Origin: a virus
Lineage: Duplodnaviria; Caudoviricetes
IMG/VR virus record: IMGVR_UViG_3300043473_000069
Location: 1 to 64,000 of that record
DNA length: 64,000 nt
Direction: 5' to 3' (one strand)
Part shown: positions 8,133 to 16,659 of the stretch, in pieces
How positions within the stretch are numbered: position 1 is the stretch's first letter
Layout: every line of letters begins with the position of its first letter
Notes under the pieces: generated by a model
What the model saw: only the letters and a program-made list of their open reading frames with translations
What the model was told of the DNA's origin: nothing
Databases searched by the model: none
Made by a program: the position numbers and the translations under genes

Positions 8133-8711
8133 ATGCCCTCAGGACCCCCGACAGCGGTGCCGACCTCGGCCCGTCATGTCCTCGACACCTTCTTCGCCGC
8201 TCGGGCCTGCCCCAGCACGGGGTGGGACAACGTCATCTGCGGGACGTACCAGTCCATCGCAGATGAGGTGAACGGCCGTCACGGGACGGCGTACACCACG
8301 GCGGAGATCGGCTGGGCGCTGACCTGGCTCCACCAGTGGGGTCCGGACATGGCCGGTGCCTACGTCTCCAAGATCGGACCGGGCAACCACAAGACGCTCG
8401 TCAAGTTCGATGCACCGGGCGAGCCCGACGTGCTCGTGGACGGCGGCGTCTACATGCTCGTCATCGACGGCGTCGTGCTGCCGCTGGAGAAGCGCCGCAT
8501 CCTGGCCGAAGGCCTCATGGAGTGGTGCGAGTACCGCCACAACAGCCTCCGCAACGATGTCATCGACCTCTCGATGACCCGTGGCTGCTTCCCGGCCTCG
8601 GATCCGGCCAACCGCCGTGTCCGTGCGATCCTGCAGGCGACGATCCGGCGCAACGGCGACGAGATGGGGTCCATCCTCACGCTCAAGGCCGAACTGGCCC
8701 GTCTGCTCTGA
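8133..8711 (+). CDS. Hypothetical protein
   Basis: AGGAGG RBS; coding bias. Confidence 0.75.
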   Translation: MPSGPPTAVPTSARHVLDTFFAARACPSTGWDNVICGTYQSIADEVNGRHGTAYTTAEIGWALTWLHQWGPDMAGAYVSKIGPGNHKTLVKFDAPGEPDVLVDGGVYMLVIDGVVLPLEKRRILAEGLMEWCEYRHNSLRNDVIDLSMTRGCFPASDPANRRVRAILQATIRRNGDEMGSILTLKAELARLL

Positions 8712-8791
8712 TGGCCTCAGGGAAGGAGTCGTGGTGGACGTCCCCGGACTTCGCCCGGCTCCTTCCCTGGATGACCGTAGGAGGGTCAGAC

Positions 8792-8998
8792 GTGGAACCA
8801 GTAGACCGCTGGCTTGAACGCCTGACGGCGGGCAAGCAGCGCCGAGACGAAGAGGTGGCTCAGTCCAAGCGGGAGTTCGTCAACCTCGTGAGGTCGGCCC
8901 ACAAGGCTGGCGTCACGGCCGTGGACATACGGCTGGCGACCGGACTCTCCCAAGTGACGATCCGAGAGATCATCAAGACTGAGCACATCGATCGATGA
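8792..8998 (+). CDS. Small HTH DNA-binding protein
   Basis: AGGAGG RBS before GTG; AHKAGVTAVDIRLATGLSQVTIREII helix-turn-helix. Confidence 0.7.
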   Translation: MEPVDRWLERLTAGKQRRDEEVAQSKREFVNLVRSAHKAGVTAVDIRLATGLSQVTIREIIKTEHIDR

Positions 8999-8999
8999 G

Positions 9000-9026
9000 A
9001 GAGCCGCCCTTTGGGGCGGCTCTTTC
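9000..9026 (+). terminator. Intrinsic terminator
   Basis: AGAGCCGCCC-TTTG-GGGCGGCTCT then TTC. Confidence 0.7.
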
Positions 9027-9045
9027 CGTGCTGTACTCTCGTCTG

Positions 9046-9207
9046 ATGGCGGATGCGAAAGACGAGGTTTGCGAGAGGTGCGGGGAGCCTTTGGAAGCCC
9101 ACAACATTTTCAACGACGAGCCCACTCCAGAGCAACTGGAAGGGCTTTCTGTCGCACGTTTCAGGAGTCAAGAGTGGATCGGCGTGTACTGCCCGTCTAC
9201 CGCCTGA
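9046..9207 (+). CDS. Hypothetical small protein
   Basis: MADAKDEVCERCG..YCP; TACTCT 7 nt upstream suggests a leaderless start. Confidence 0.45.
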   Translation: MADAKDEVCERCGEPLEAHNIFNDEPTPEQLEGLSVARFRSQEWIGVYCPSTA

Positions 9208-9375
9208 TCACCCCGCTCCACCTGATCCCAGCGCTGCTGGTGGCATCGATCGCCTTGCTGGCGCCCTTCTACGATCCAGGTGTAACACACAGCCAGACGC
9301 CGTCAGACGGCCCGCAGTTCAAGGAGTGGCTGGGGCAGGAGTACTGCCCGGCTGACCTGGGCTAGCGTCCCCCGC

Positions 9376-9453
9376 ATGGGCTACGGCATCGGTGGCATCC
9401 TCATCCTCATCCTGATCATCCTGCTGATCATCTTCTTCGCCAAGCGGGTCTAG
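9376..9453 (+). CDS. 25-aa single-pass membrane microprotein
   Basis: MGYGIGGILILILIILLIIFFAKRV with near-perfect GC3 codon bias. Confidence 0.65.
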   Translation: MGYGIGGILILILIILLIIFFAKRV

Positions 9454-9555
9454 GACCGGCGGCGGTAAGGGAGGTGGGAGCGGACGAGGCTTGGCCCTCC
9501 TGAGCGGACCGGCTGGACGTCCTGTGCGGTGGGGCTTCACCTAGGATCCCGTTTC

Positions 9556-9858
9556 ATGAGCCAGGCGCTGACCATGAACAAGGTACTGGAGTCGCTGCAA
9601 CGCACCCTCCACGATCTCGCAGACCTCCACATGAAGGCAGGTCGGCCGTTCGATGGCATCACGATCTCGGCTCTGCCCTTCACCTACCGGGACTACGGCG
9701 TCTCGCTGTGGGACATCACGTTCGCACCGCACTCGCCGGTCCCGGAGGTCGAGGAGATCCCTCTGGACGAGGACGACGCCGACGAGCCCGAGGACGACGA
9801 GGACATCACCCTGGAAGAGGCCTTCGTGGAGGGCTTCACCGAAGGGCGGCAGGAGTGA
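9556..9858 (+). CDS. Hypothetical protein, acidic C-terminus
   Basis: Coding bias; GTGA overlap with the next gene. Confidence 0.65.
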   Translation: MSQALTMNKVLESLQRTLHDLADLHMKAGRPFDGITISALPFTYRDYGVSLWDITFAPHSPVPEVEEIPLDEDDADEPEDDEDITLEEAFVEGFTEGRQE

Positions 9859-10082
9859 GCTTCCGTCGGTTCGTGCTCGATCGTGACGTTGACGAAACCG
9901 GGGTATCGGGCACAGGAGTCGTGTGCGAGGGCGTCGAGTTCTCAGACGGCGTCGTGAGTCTGCGCTGGCTTGGCGGTTGGCCGTCGTCGGTCGTGCACTA
10001 CGAGCGAGGCATGGAGTCGGTGGTCCACATCCACGGTCACAACGGCAAGACCAGGATTCGATACCTGGATGAGCCCACCTGA
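9855..10082 (+). CDS. Conserved phage hypothetical protein
   Basis: F.L.R..D.TGVSGTGVV.EGV.FSDG..RW..HGH.G.T, a pattern recalled from other phages. Confidence 0.75.
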   Translation: MSFRRFVLDRDVDETGVSGTGVVCEGVEFSDGVVSLRWLGGWPSSVVHYERGMESVVHIHGHNGKTRIRYLDEPT

Positions 10083-10083
10083 G

Positions 10084-10118
10084 TTGCGAACCTGTCAAAG
10101 ATACCGTATCTTTGAGGC
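10084..10118 (+). promoter_or_regulatory. Leaderless promoter with TCAAAGATAC-N-GTATCTTTGA operator (copy 1)
   Basis: TTGCGA-N17-TATCTT-N6-ATG; palindrome at 10095-10115. Confidence 0.75.
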
Positions 10119-10760
10119 ATGACCGCAACGCAGAAGTTCACCAGCACGAGGGACGTGCTGCGTCGGACACTGCGAGTGCTCAAGGCAGCCGCCGCCAGGC
10201 GTGCGCCCCTGGAGCCTGACCACTTCTCTCACTGCGTGCTCATCGAGCCGTATGCGGGCAAGACCCGCCTGTCAGTGTCGGACGGCTTCCGGATGCACAG
10301 CGTCCTGCTCAACGAAGAGGTCGCCACCTACCACGACCAGGAGATCATGGCGGTCGGCTTGCGCTGGCTGAACGATCGGCTGGACCTGGCGATGGACGGA
10401 CCCGTTGAGTTACACGTCGAACGTCGGGCGACCCCCCACTGGGACGAGTGGAACGTGCTCTTCTGCGGCAAGGACCACGCCAGTGACCAGGCCTTCAAGC
10501 TGCCCGTCAAGCTCCCCAACATCGACGGGCTGATCGAGCACGGTGAGATACAGTTCGCCGCCGGATTCAACCCGGTCTTCTTCTTCGACATGGTCACCGC
10601 TGCCAAGCACTGGTGGGACCAGTCGGAACTCGACAAGGCCTTCCCGCTGCGTGTGCTGGAGATGCACCCCGAGAAGACCTGCGTCTTCACGATCCGTAAC
10701 AGCTACGGCGTCCTGCGTATGACACTCATGCCCAAGGTTTCCAACGAGGAAGAACTATGA
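10119..10760 (+). CDS. Sliding-clamp (DnaN/beta)-like protein, two-domain
   Basis: VSDGFRM (ATDxxRL-like), LPNIDGLI (FPxxxxLI-like), GFNPVFFFDM (FNxxYLxD-like). Confidence 0.55.
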   Translation: MTATQKFTSTRDVLRRTLRVLKAAAARRAPLEPDHFSHCVLIEPYAGKTRLSVSDGFRMHSVLLNEEVATYHDQEIMAVGLRWLNDRLDLAMDGPVELHVERRATPHWDEWNVLFCGKDHASDQAFKLPVKLPNIDGLIEHGEIQFAAGFNPVFFFDMVTAAKHWWDQSELDKAFPLRVLEMHPEKTCVFTIRNSYGVLRMTLMPKVSNEEEL

Positions 10761-10960
10761 CTGCTCCCACCATCCCCTCTCACGTCACCGTGGCCGTGCC
10801 CTACGGTCCGGACGGCGACGTCCGTCTCTTCACCGGCATGGTGGAGGCCAGGATGCACGACGCTGACCGAGACAGGCTCATGTACCGCATCCGCTTCGAT
10901 GACCCGCTGATCTACGGCGGCACCGGGGTGGCCTGGGTCACCGAGGACGACTTCCGGTGA
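10757..10960 (+). CDS. Hypothetical protein (SH3-like beta pattern)
   Basis: ATGA overlap and RBS. Confidence 0.6.
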   Translation: MTAPTIPSHVTVAVPYGPDGDVRLFTGMVEARMHDADRDRLMYRIRFDDPLIYGGTGVAWVTEDDFR

Positions 10961-11124
10961 TGGACTACATCGTGTCGGCGGCGGGCTTCGCCATGGCGAC
11001 CTACATGCTCCTGGAGGCACGGGCGATCTGGGTCACCCGGCGTCAGCCGGTGCGTTCGACATCCCCGACCAACGAGGTCTGGATCACACCAGAGCCTCGT
11101 TCCCGGCGACACTACGAGTCGTGA
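10960..11124 (+). CDS. Small membrane-anchored hypothetical protein
   Basis: TGATG coupling; hydrophobic N-terminus. Confidence 0.5.
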   Translation: MDYIVSAAGFAMATYMLLEARAIWVTRRQPVRSTSPTNEVWITPEPRSRRHYES

Positions 11125-11474
11125 ACGAAGGCGATCATCTCCTGCAGGCCATCCGAGGCCACGTCATGGCCTTGGGTGTCCCGATCGAGCAGCAGGAGGC
11201 GCTGACGATCCTCGTGGCGCAGACCGTGGTCACGATCATGTCGGACCCCCGGTTCTTCAACCACCTGGTCCCCGTGCAGCGTCTGCAGGCCGAGAACGCA
11301 GCGCTGCGCCAGCACCTCATGCTGCTGCAGATGCCGCAGCGGGCTCCGGCCCCCCGCAAGCGCCCGGCCAAGAAGGCTGCGGCCAAGAAGACCGTCAGCA
11401 AGAGCCCCACCGTCAAGGTCCGAGGCTCCACTGCCGCCAACCGTCGAGCCTTCAAACAGGGCTTCGGTGGGTGA
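11121..11474 (+). CDS. Hypothetical protein with histone-H1-like basic tail
   Basis: PRKRPAKKAAAKKTVSK. Confidence 0.65.
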   Translation: MNEGDHLLQAIRGHVMALGVPIEQQEALTILVAQTVVTIMSDPRFFNHLVPVQRLQAENAALRQHLMLLQMPQRAPAPRKRPAKKAAAKKTVSKSPTVKVRGSTAANRRAFKQGFGG

Positions 11475-11485
11475 GAGGATTAGCC

Positions 11486-11899
11486 ATGCCGAAGAAGACC
11501 ACGTTCGACACGGGCATGACGTCACCGGATCCCGGCAACGCAGCCCGTCAAGAGCACATCCAGGCGCTGACTCCCGAAGAGGCTTATGCCGGTGTCGAGG
11601 CCGGTCAGGCCCACGACCTCGGTCCCTGGATCGAGGTCCCCAGCAGCAGCCGTGTGTCACGCTTCCGCTTCGATCACCTGCAGCGTCAGCTACAGGTCCA
11701 GTGGCGCAACGGCAAGGGACCGGGCCACATCTACGAGAACGTGGACTACGAGGGCTACCGCTCGTTCGCCCGTGTCGTGTCCAAGGGCAAGTACATCAAC
11801 TCGACGCTCAACAACCACGTCTTCGAGAAGATGACCGGCCAGGAGAACCTGCCGTCCAACGAGAAGCGCCGTGGCCTCGGGTCGAGGTTGCGTACGTGA
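11486..11899 (+). CDS. KTSC domain protein
   Basis: VPSSSRVSRFRFD..LQVQWRNG..YENV..Y..F....SKGKYIN. Confidence 0.8.
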   Translation: MPKKTTFDTGMTSPDPGNAARQEHIQALTPEEAYAGVEAGQAHDLGPWIEVPSSSRVSRFRFDHLQRQLQVQWRNGKGPGHIYENVDYEGYRSFARVVSKGKYINSTLNNHVFEKMTGQENLPSNEKRRGLGSRLRT

Positions 11900-12216
11900 G
11901 CGAGCCGGTCTACGACTTCATCGTCCTCGGTTGCGCCCCGCACATCACGCTGACGGATCCAGAGCACGTCGAGATGCTGGATCGACTCGCTCAGCGCTCA
12001 GCCATGGGCCAGTACAAGAAGCAGCGGCCCAAGGCGTTGGTCATGGACAAGATCGAGTGGCTGATCACCGACGACTGGGAAGAGGTCGAGCGCTTCCAGC
12101 CAGCGCACGACTGTGCGACGTGTCGAGCGGGCAACGACCAAGCCGTGGCCTACCTCAAGGAGCACCCTGACCGGTGGCTGGCCCTGGGCAACATGAAGTA
12201 CTGGGAGGTCTGGTGA
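11896..12216 (+). CDS. Hypothetical protein (HxCxxC)
   Basis: GTGA overlaps on both sides. Confidence 0.65.
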   Translation: MSEPVYDFIVLGCAPHITLTDPEHVEMLDRLAQRSAMGQYKKQRPKALVMDKIEWLITDDWEEVERFQPAHDCATCRAGNDQAVAYLKEHPDRWLALGNMKYWEVW

Positions 12217-12479
12217 TCGACGTCTGCGTCCTCTGTGACGAGCCCATCGAGGAGTTCGACGCCTGGGCGCCGCTGAACCCCAAGCAGTACGCCCACTACG
12301 AGTGCTCGCTGCGTGAGGTGATGGGCGGCATCGGCCACCACATCGCTCACAGCTACTGGTGCACGCAGCAGCACGACCCTGACGCTGGGCTGACCCGGCG
12401 CCAGAGTTCCAAGCTGGTCGTGGCCCTCGTGGACGTCCTCGGGATCGATGAAGTGTCCAGAAGGAGTGTGGTGCCATGA
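12213..12479 (+). CDS. Zinc-binding hypothetical protein
   Basis: GGAGG RBS; CVLC..HYEC. Confidence 0.65.
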   Translation: MIDVCVLCDEPIEEFDAWAPLNPKQYAHYECSLREVMGGIGHHIAHSYWCTQQHDPDAGLTRRQSSKLVVALVDVLGIDEVSRRSVVP

Positions 12480-12718
12480 CGGCGAAGATGGCGAAGCTGT
12501 TGGTGGAGGTGCAGTGGGGCATCATCCCCGGCACCGTTGATGGCAACAAGCAGTGGGGCTACTCCCGTGAAGAGGTCGAGGCTGCCTTCGAAGAAGAGCA
12601 GTACCCCGGCGACCGTGGCGCCTGGCAGAAGCTGCTGGACAATGCGTACGCCGAGATGGACCGCCGGATGGACCCTCGTGCCCACAACTGGGTCACGCTG
12701 ACCTGGCTCTGGCTGTGA
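12476..12718 (+). CDS. Hypothetical protein
   Basis: AAGGAG RBS; coupled overlaps. Confidence 0.65.
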   Translation: MTAKMAKLLVEVQWGIIPGTVDGNKQWGYSREEVEAAFEEEQYPGDRGAWQKLLDNAYAEMDRRMDPRAHNWVTLTWLWL

Positions 12719-13170
12719 TCATCGTTCGGGGCATCCCGCTCTATTGGGGCGTCGAGCACGACGCCGCCGACCGCACCTTCCTCACCAAGGCGCACATGGA
12801 AGAGGCGCTCCCGCCGTACCGCTACTCCACCCGAGCTTTCCGTATCCGGGTATCACACAAGCACTGGCTCCATGTGGGGCTCTGTCGCTACAAGGACACC
12901 GTCACACCGTGGGGGCTTGAACTCCTGCCTGAGCGCATCGGAGAGTGGGGACGTGCTCAGACGAGTGCAGAAGCCGAAGAGCAAGAACCGGCTGGATCGG
13001 ATGGCGCCGGAGCAGGTCCAACTGCTGATGGAGACGTCGATGCAGCGGATGGCGGAACTGCTGAGGGGCCTGATGCACAACGAGATCGACCGGGGGTGGC
13101 TCCTGTCGGAACTGGACCTGCACTCGGAGCAGATGCACCTGGCAGTGCGCTCGCTGAGGGATCGGTATGA
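12715..13170 (+). CDS. Hypothetical protein (C-terminal part overlaps next gene)
   Basis: GTGA coupling; plausible globular N-terminal ~80 aa. Confidence 0.55.
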   Translation: MIIVRGIPLYWGVEHDAADRTFLTKAHMEEALPPYRYSTRAFRIRVSHKHWLHVGLCRYKDTVTPWGLELLPERIGEWGRAQTSAEAEEQEPAGSDGAGAGPTADGDVDAADGGTAEGPDAQRDRPGVAPVGTGPALGADAPGSALAEGSV

Positions 13171-13183
13171 GGCCGAAGGTTGA
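12953..13183 (+). CDS. Small helical hypothetical protein
   Basis: GGAGAG/GGGG upstream of GTG; best GC3 frame over this interval. Confidence 0.6.
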   Translation: MLRRVQKPKSKNRLDRMAPEQVQLLMETSMQRMAELLRGLMHNEIDRGWLLSELDLHSEQMHLAVRSLRDRYEAEG

Positions 13184-13215
13184 GTCTCCGTCAAAGATCC
13201 TGTATCTTTGACTTC
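13180..13215 (+). promoter_or_regulatory. Leaderless promoter with operator (copy 2)
   Basis: TTGAGT-N17-TATCTT-N7-ATG; TCAAAGATCC-T-GTATCTTTGA at 13191-13211. Confidence 0.75.
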
Positions 13216-13506
13216 ATGTACGAACAGCAAGAACTACAACTGGAGTGGCCCGTGTACAAGCACTACACAGTCGAGCTTCGCAAGGGCACGATGCCGGATC
13301 TGGACACGGTCCGCTCCACCAAGGCGACGGACGTGGACGGGGCGATCAGCCTCATCGAAGGCTTCCGTGACTTGGCTGCCTCACGCAACAGCGTGACGTG
13401 GCAGGAGGACGAGGTCAACGCCGAGGGCTTCGTCTTCGGCATGGCACCAGGCGGCGAGGTCTGGCAGATCATGTGCGTGCCGCCGCTGGCGCAGGAACTG
13501 GGATGA
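13216..13506 (+). CDS. Hypothetical protein
   Basis: Leaderless ATG after the promoter; coding bias. Confidence 0.7.
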   Translation: MYEQQELQLEWPVYKHYTVELRKGTMPDLDTVRSTKATDVDGAISLIEGFRDLAASRNSVTWQEDEVNAEGFVFGMAPGGEVWQIMCVPPLAQELG

Positions 13507-13649
13507 CCGACCTGTCTGCACCCGTTGACATGACGCACCAGTGGTGCGTCGAGGCCCGGCAGCAGATCAACGAACACGCACTCGACCTCAAGATGCAGGC
13601 AGCGCTGTGGGAGCCGAGGCCCATGCCCGAAGGATGGACCCCCCGATGA
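13503..13649 (+). CDS. Small hypothetical protein
   Basis: ATGA overlaps on both sides. Confidence 0.55.
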   Translation: MTDLSAPVDMTHQWCVEARQQINEHALDLKMQAALWEPRPMPEGWTPR

Positions 13650-13921
13650 ACGATGAACCCGAACTGACCACACGCCTTGCCACGCTGGAAGCGCACGTCC
13701 GACAGCAGGACAGACGCATCCAGACGCTGGAAGGACGCCGTCCCGGCCGCAAGGCGCTGCCGATCGTGGTGTCCGAACTGCACGTCTGCGGCGTCGATCC
13801 AGAGATCGACAGCGCTGCCTGCCCGCACGCCAGCTTGTACCGCAGGCAGAAGGGCTGCAAGGGCGATCGCTGCGTGCAGATCAGCCAGGACTACTACGAA
13901 GCTCGACGCAAGAAGACCTGA
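13646..13921 (+). CDS. Coiled-coil plus Cys-motif protein
   Basis: ATGA overlap; H....Y...GC....C motif. Confidence 0.65.
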   Translation: MNDEPELTTRLATLEAHVRQQDRRIQTLEGRRPGRKALPIVVSELHVCGVDPEIDSAACPHASLYRRQKGCKGDRCVQISQDYYEARRKKT

Positions 13922-14115
13922 TGCCGAAGACCATCCCATGCCCTCACTGCAAGGGGCAGGTCGGTCACATGCGAGGACAGACGTTGGACGAGGCACTGGA
14001 GCGCCACCTCCGTGTCGGCTGCCCATCTCCCATGGTCAAGAACGTGCCGCTGCCGAAGCCGCTGGTTGCCAAGCGGGTGCGGGTGATACCCCGGTCAGAC
14101 GTTCCGAACCGTTGA
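13921..14115 (+). CDS. Small zinc-finger protein
   Basis: CPHC..H...C; TGATG coupling. Confidence 0.55.
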   Translation: MPKTIPCPHCKGQVGHMRGQTLDEALERHLRVGCPSPMVKNVPLPKPLVAKRVRVIPRSDVPNR

Positions 14116-14135
14116 CAGCAGGGGTACACTGGGGG

Positions 14136-14210
14136 GCGAACTAGCGAGAGCAGTCGTAGTTCGGTAAGTGGCGCTTGGAGGCCTGGTACCCGCAAGGGAC
14201 CGGGCCTTCG
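14136..14210 (+). ncRNA. Candidate small structured RNA or leader upstream of terL
   Basis: TTCCGA-N17-TACACT promoter (14102-14130), then two hairpins; the second has a GCAA tetraloop and G-U pairs. Confidence 0.35.
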
Positions 14211-14214
14211 GCGT

Positions 14215-15837
14215 ATGTTGGGCGCAGTGTCGTTCACGATCACGGACCTCGGCTACGGCCCCAGTGAGGAAGAGGCTGCCGAACTGGCTGCCCTAGAGGC
14301 CTTGGAAGAGGACGAGGACAACGCCAGCGGGATCGATGAGGATCCGCTGGCAGCGGAACTCGCTCCCGAGATGGCCGACTTCCTCGACCAGATGATCAAG
14401 CGGACGATCCTGTTCTGCGAGGAACTGTGGGGCAAGGAGTTCCGCCCGTACCAGCGGGCCATGTCATACAGGGTTATCGAGTCCCTGATCCTCAACGACG
14501 CCGAGGAGATCACCGGCCTCATGGCCCGCCAGAGCGGGAAGAGTGAGATCGTCGCCACCACCCTGGCTGGCTGCATGATCCTGTTCCCGATCCTGGCGAA
14601 GACCTACCCCAACATGAAGCAGTTTGAGGACGGGGTCTGGGTGGGCCTGTTCGCACCGGTCGAGGAGCAGAGCGAGTTGGTGTTCAGCCGCATCGCTGAC
14701 CGGCTCACCAGCGACCGTGCCCTGGCGATCCTCTCCGACCCAGAGATCGATGAGAAGGTCGATGGAAAGAGCCGTATGATACGTCTCTCCAACGGCTCCT
14801 TCTGCCGTCGTCAGACCGCCAACCCGAGAGCCAAGATCGAGGGCTCGACGTATCACATCATCGTGATCGATGAGGCCCAGGAGGCCGATGAGCAGGTGGT
14901 TCGCAAGAGCGTCCACCCCATGCTCGCCGCCAACGCTGGCACCATGGTGAAGATCGGGACGCCCGGCTTCAACAAGGGCGACTTCTACAAGGCCATCGGC
15001 CTCAACAAGCGCCGGGCACGGGGCAAGCGGTCCAACCATTTCGAGTACGACGACCGAGTTGTCAGCAAGTACAACCCCGCCTACAAGAAGTTCATCGAGA
15101 AGGAGAAGCTGCGCCTCGGGGAGGACTCCGAAGAGTTCCAGATGAGCTACCGCCTCAAGTGGATGCTGGAGCGGGGCATGCTCATCACCGAGGACGATCT
15201 CGACATGCTGGCGGACAAGAGCATGCCGCTGATCAAGGCGTGGATGCGGACCAAGGTCGTGGTGGGCATTGACCCGGCCCGCATCCGGGACTCCACCGTG
15301 TGCACGGTGTGCTGGGTGGACTGGGACCATCCGGATCCGGCGGGCTACCGGGAGCACCGCATCCTCAACTGGCTGGAGATCCACAACACCAACTTCGAAG
15401 AGCAGTACTTCGAACTCATGGACTTCCTCGACCCGTATGACATCGCTTACGTCGGCGTGGACGCTCAGGGGATGGGTGGGCCGGTTGCAGATCGGCTGCA
15501 GCGTCTGCTGGGCTCTCGCACCGAGGTCATCCCCTTCACCAGCGACGCCAAGAACCAGGCGGAGCGCTGGAAGCACCTGATCCAGCTACTGCAGCGCCAG
15601 ATGCTGGTCTACCCCGGCCACTCCAAGGCCCGACGCACCCGTGTGTGGCGCCGCTTCCGGCAGCAGATGAGCGATGCCGAGAAGGTCATGGCAGGGCAAT
15701 ACCTCCTGGTAGCGGCCCCCGATGAGCGTGAGGCGCACGACGACTACGTGGACAGCCTGGCTCTGGCCTGCGCCTGCTCCGTGCAGGAGACGGTCCCGGT
15801 GATCGAGGCCTTCGACAGTCCATTCTTCCGAAGGTGA
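14215..15837 (+). CDS. terL: Terminase large subunit (alternative start GTG 14227)
   Basis: Walker A ARQSGKS, Walker B IIVIDEAQ, coupling motif GTP, nuclease VVGIDPA..HDDYVDS. Confidence 0.95.
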   Translation: MLGAVSFTITDLGYGPSEEEAAELAALEALEEDEDNASGIDEDPLAAELAPEMADFLDQMIKRTILFCEELWGKEFRPYQRAMSYRVIESLILNDAEEITGLMARQSGKSEIVATTLAGCMILFPILAKTYPNMKQFEDGVWVGLFAPVEEQSELVFSRIADRLTSDRALAILSDPEIDEKVDGKSRMIRLSNGSFCRRQTANPRAKIEGSTYHIIVIDEAQEADEQVVRKSVHPMLAANAGTMVKIGTPGFNKGDFYKAIGLNKRRARGKRSNHFEYDDRVVSKYNPAYKKFIEKEKLRLGEDSEEFQMSYRLKWMLERGMLITEDDLDMLADKSMPLIKAWMRTKVVVGIDPARIRDSTVCTVCWVDWDHPDPAGYREHRILNWLEIHNTNFEEQYFELMDFLDPYDIAYVGVDAQGMGGPVADRLQRLLGSRTEVIPFTSDAKNQAERWKHLIQLLQRQMLVYPGHSKARRTRVWRRFRQQMSDAEKVMAGQYLLVAAPDEREAHDDYVDSLALACACSVQETVPVIEAFDSPFFRR

Positions 15838-15940
15838 GTACGTCGGACCGACGGCCCGTGTCCACACCGGCACCCGATCACGGTCATACCCTGGTTCCAA
15901 GGTCTATGCTCCGGGTGATACCAGCCTAAGGAGGGCCTGC

Positions 15941-16303
15941 ATGTCGTACCAGCCTGCGAGTGGCTATGAGCACGTCATGGCGGCGAACACCGCTCGGCGT
16001 GGGCCACTGCGCTTCGAAGAGGGTGTCGCCACTGACACCGACGTGCCCAACGACTTCGGTGTGGGTGCCTACGGCGACTGCGGCGGCGATGGCCGTGGCC
16101 GTCCGTTCACCAACATCAAGGACCCCGGTGAGACGATGCGTGAGCGTGCACACCTCGGCTCGTCCTCGTGGATCGAGGCCCCGACGATGCTCTCCGACTT
16201 CGTCATCGGCGCCAGCGTCGGACAGGGTCCGTCCCAGTTCGAATACGAACTCGGCTCCGAGGTCCGCCTGCGTCGGCTCAACCCGGCCCAGGTGTCCGAC
16301 TAG
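15941..16303 (+). CDS. Conserved head-region protein
   Basis: AAGGAGG RBS; RRGPLRFEEGVATDTDVP motif; lies directly after terL. Confidence 0.75.
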   Translation: MSYQPASGYEHVMAANTARRGPLRFEEGVATDTDVPNDFGVGAYGDCGGDGRGRPFTNIKDPGETMRERAHLGSSSWIEAPTMLSDFVIGASVGQGPSQFEYELGSEVRLRRLNPAQVSD

Positions 16304-16314
16304 GGCAGGATCCC

Positions 16315-16659
16315 TTGACAGCGGCTCGTGCCCGCAAGCCGCTCTTGAGGGTGGGGACGGGGACGAGTTCTCCCGCCGCCCGTGGAGGCCTCGGTCCCGC
16401 CCCCGCAGGACGTCCGCCCTCCAACATCGGCAAGTACCTCATCCGGCCAACGGCTGAGGCCGACACCGGGTGGGAGATGATCAACTCCGACCCGGACATC
16501 CTGCGGCAGGTGCACCGCAAGTACCTCAAGGCGGGGATGCTTCCTCCGGCCCTCCAGCCGAAGTATCTCCGCAAGCCCGAGGTCATGGAGAGCGGCCCGA
16601 CCGGTCGTGCCACCAACATCAGCAAGGGCTGGAGGAAGCCGAGGAGTCGTAGTGGCTAG
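16315..16659 (+). CDS. Basic hypothetical protein
   Basis: AGGA RBS before TTG; R/K/P-rich. Confidence 0.55.
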   Translation: MTAARARKPLLRVGTGTSSPAARGGLGPAPAGRPPSNIGKYLIRPTAEADTGWEMINSDPDILRQVHRKYLKAGMLPPALQPKYLRKPEVMESGPTGRATNISKGWRKPRSRSG

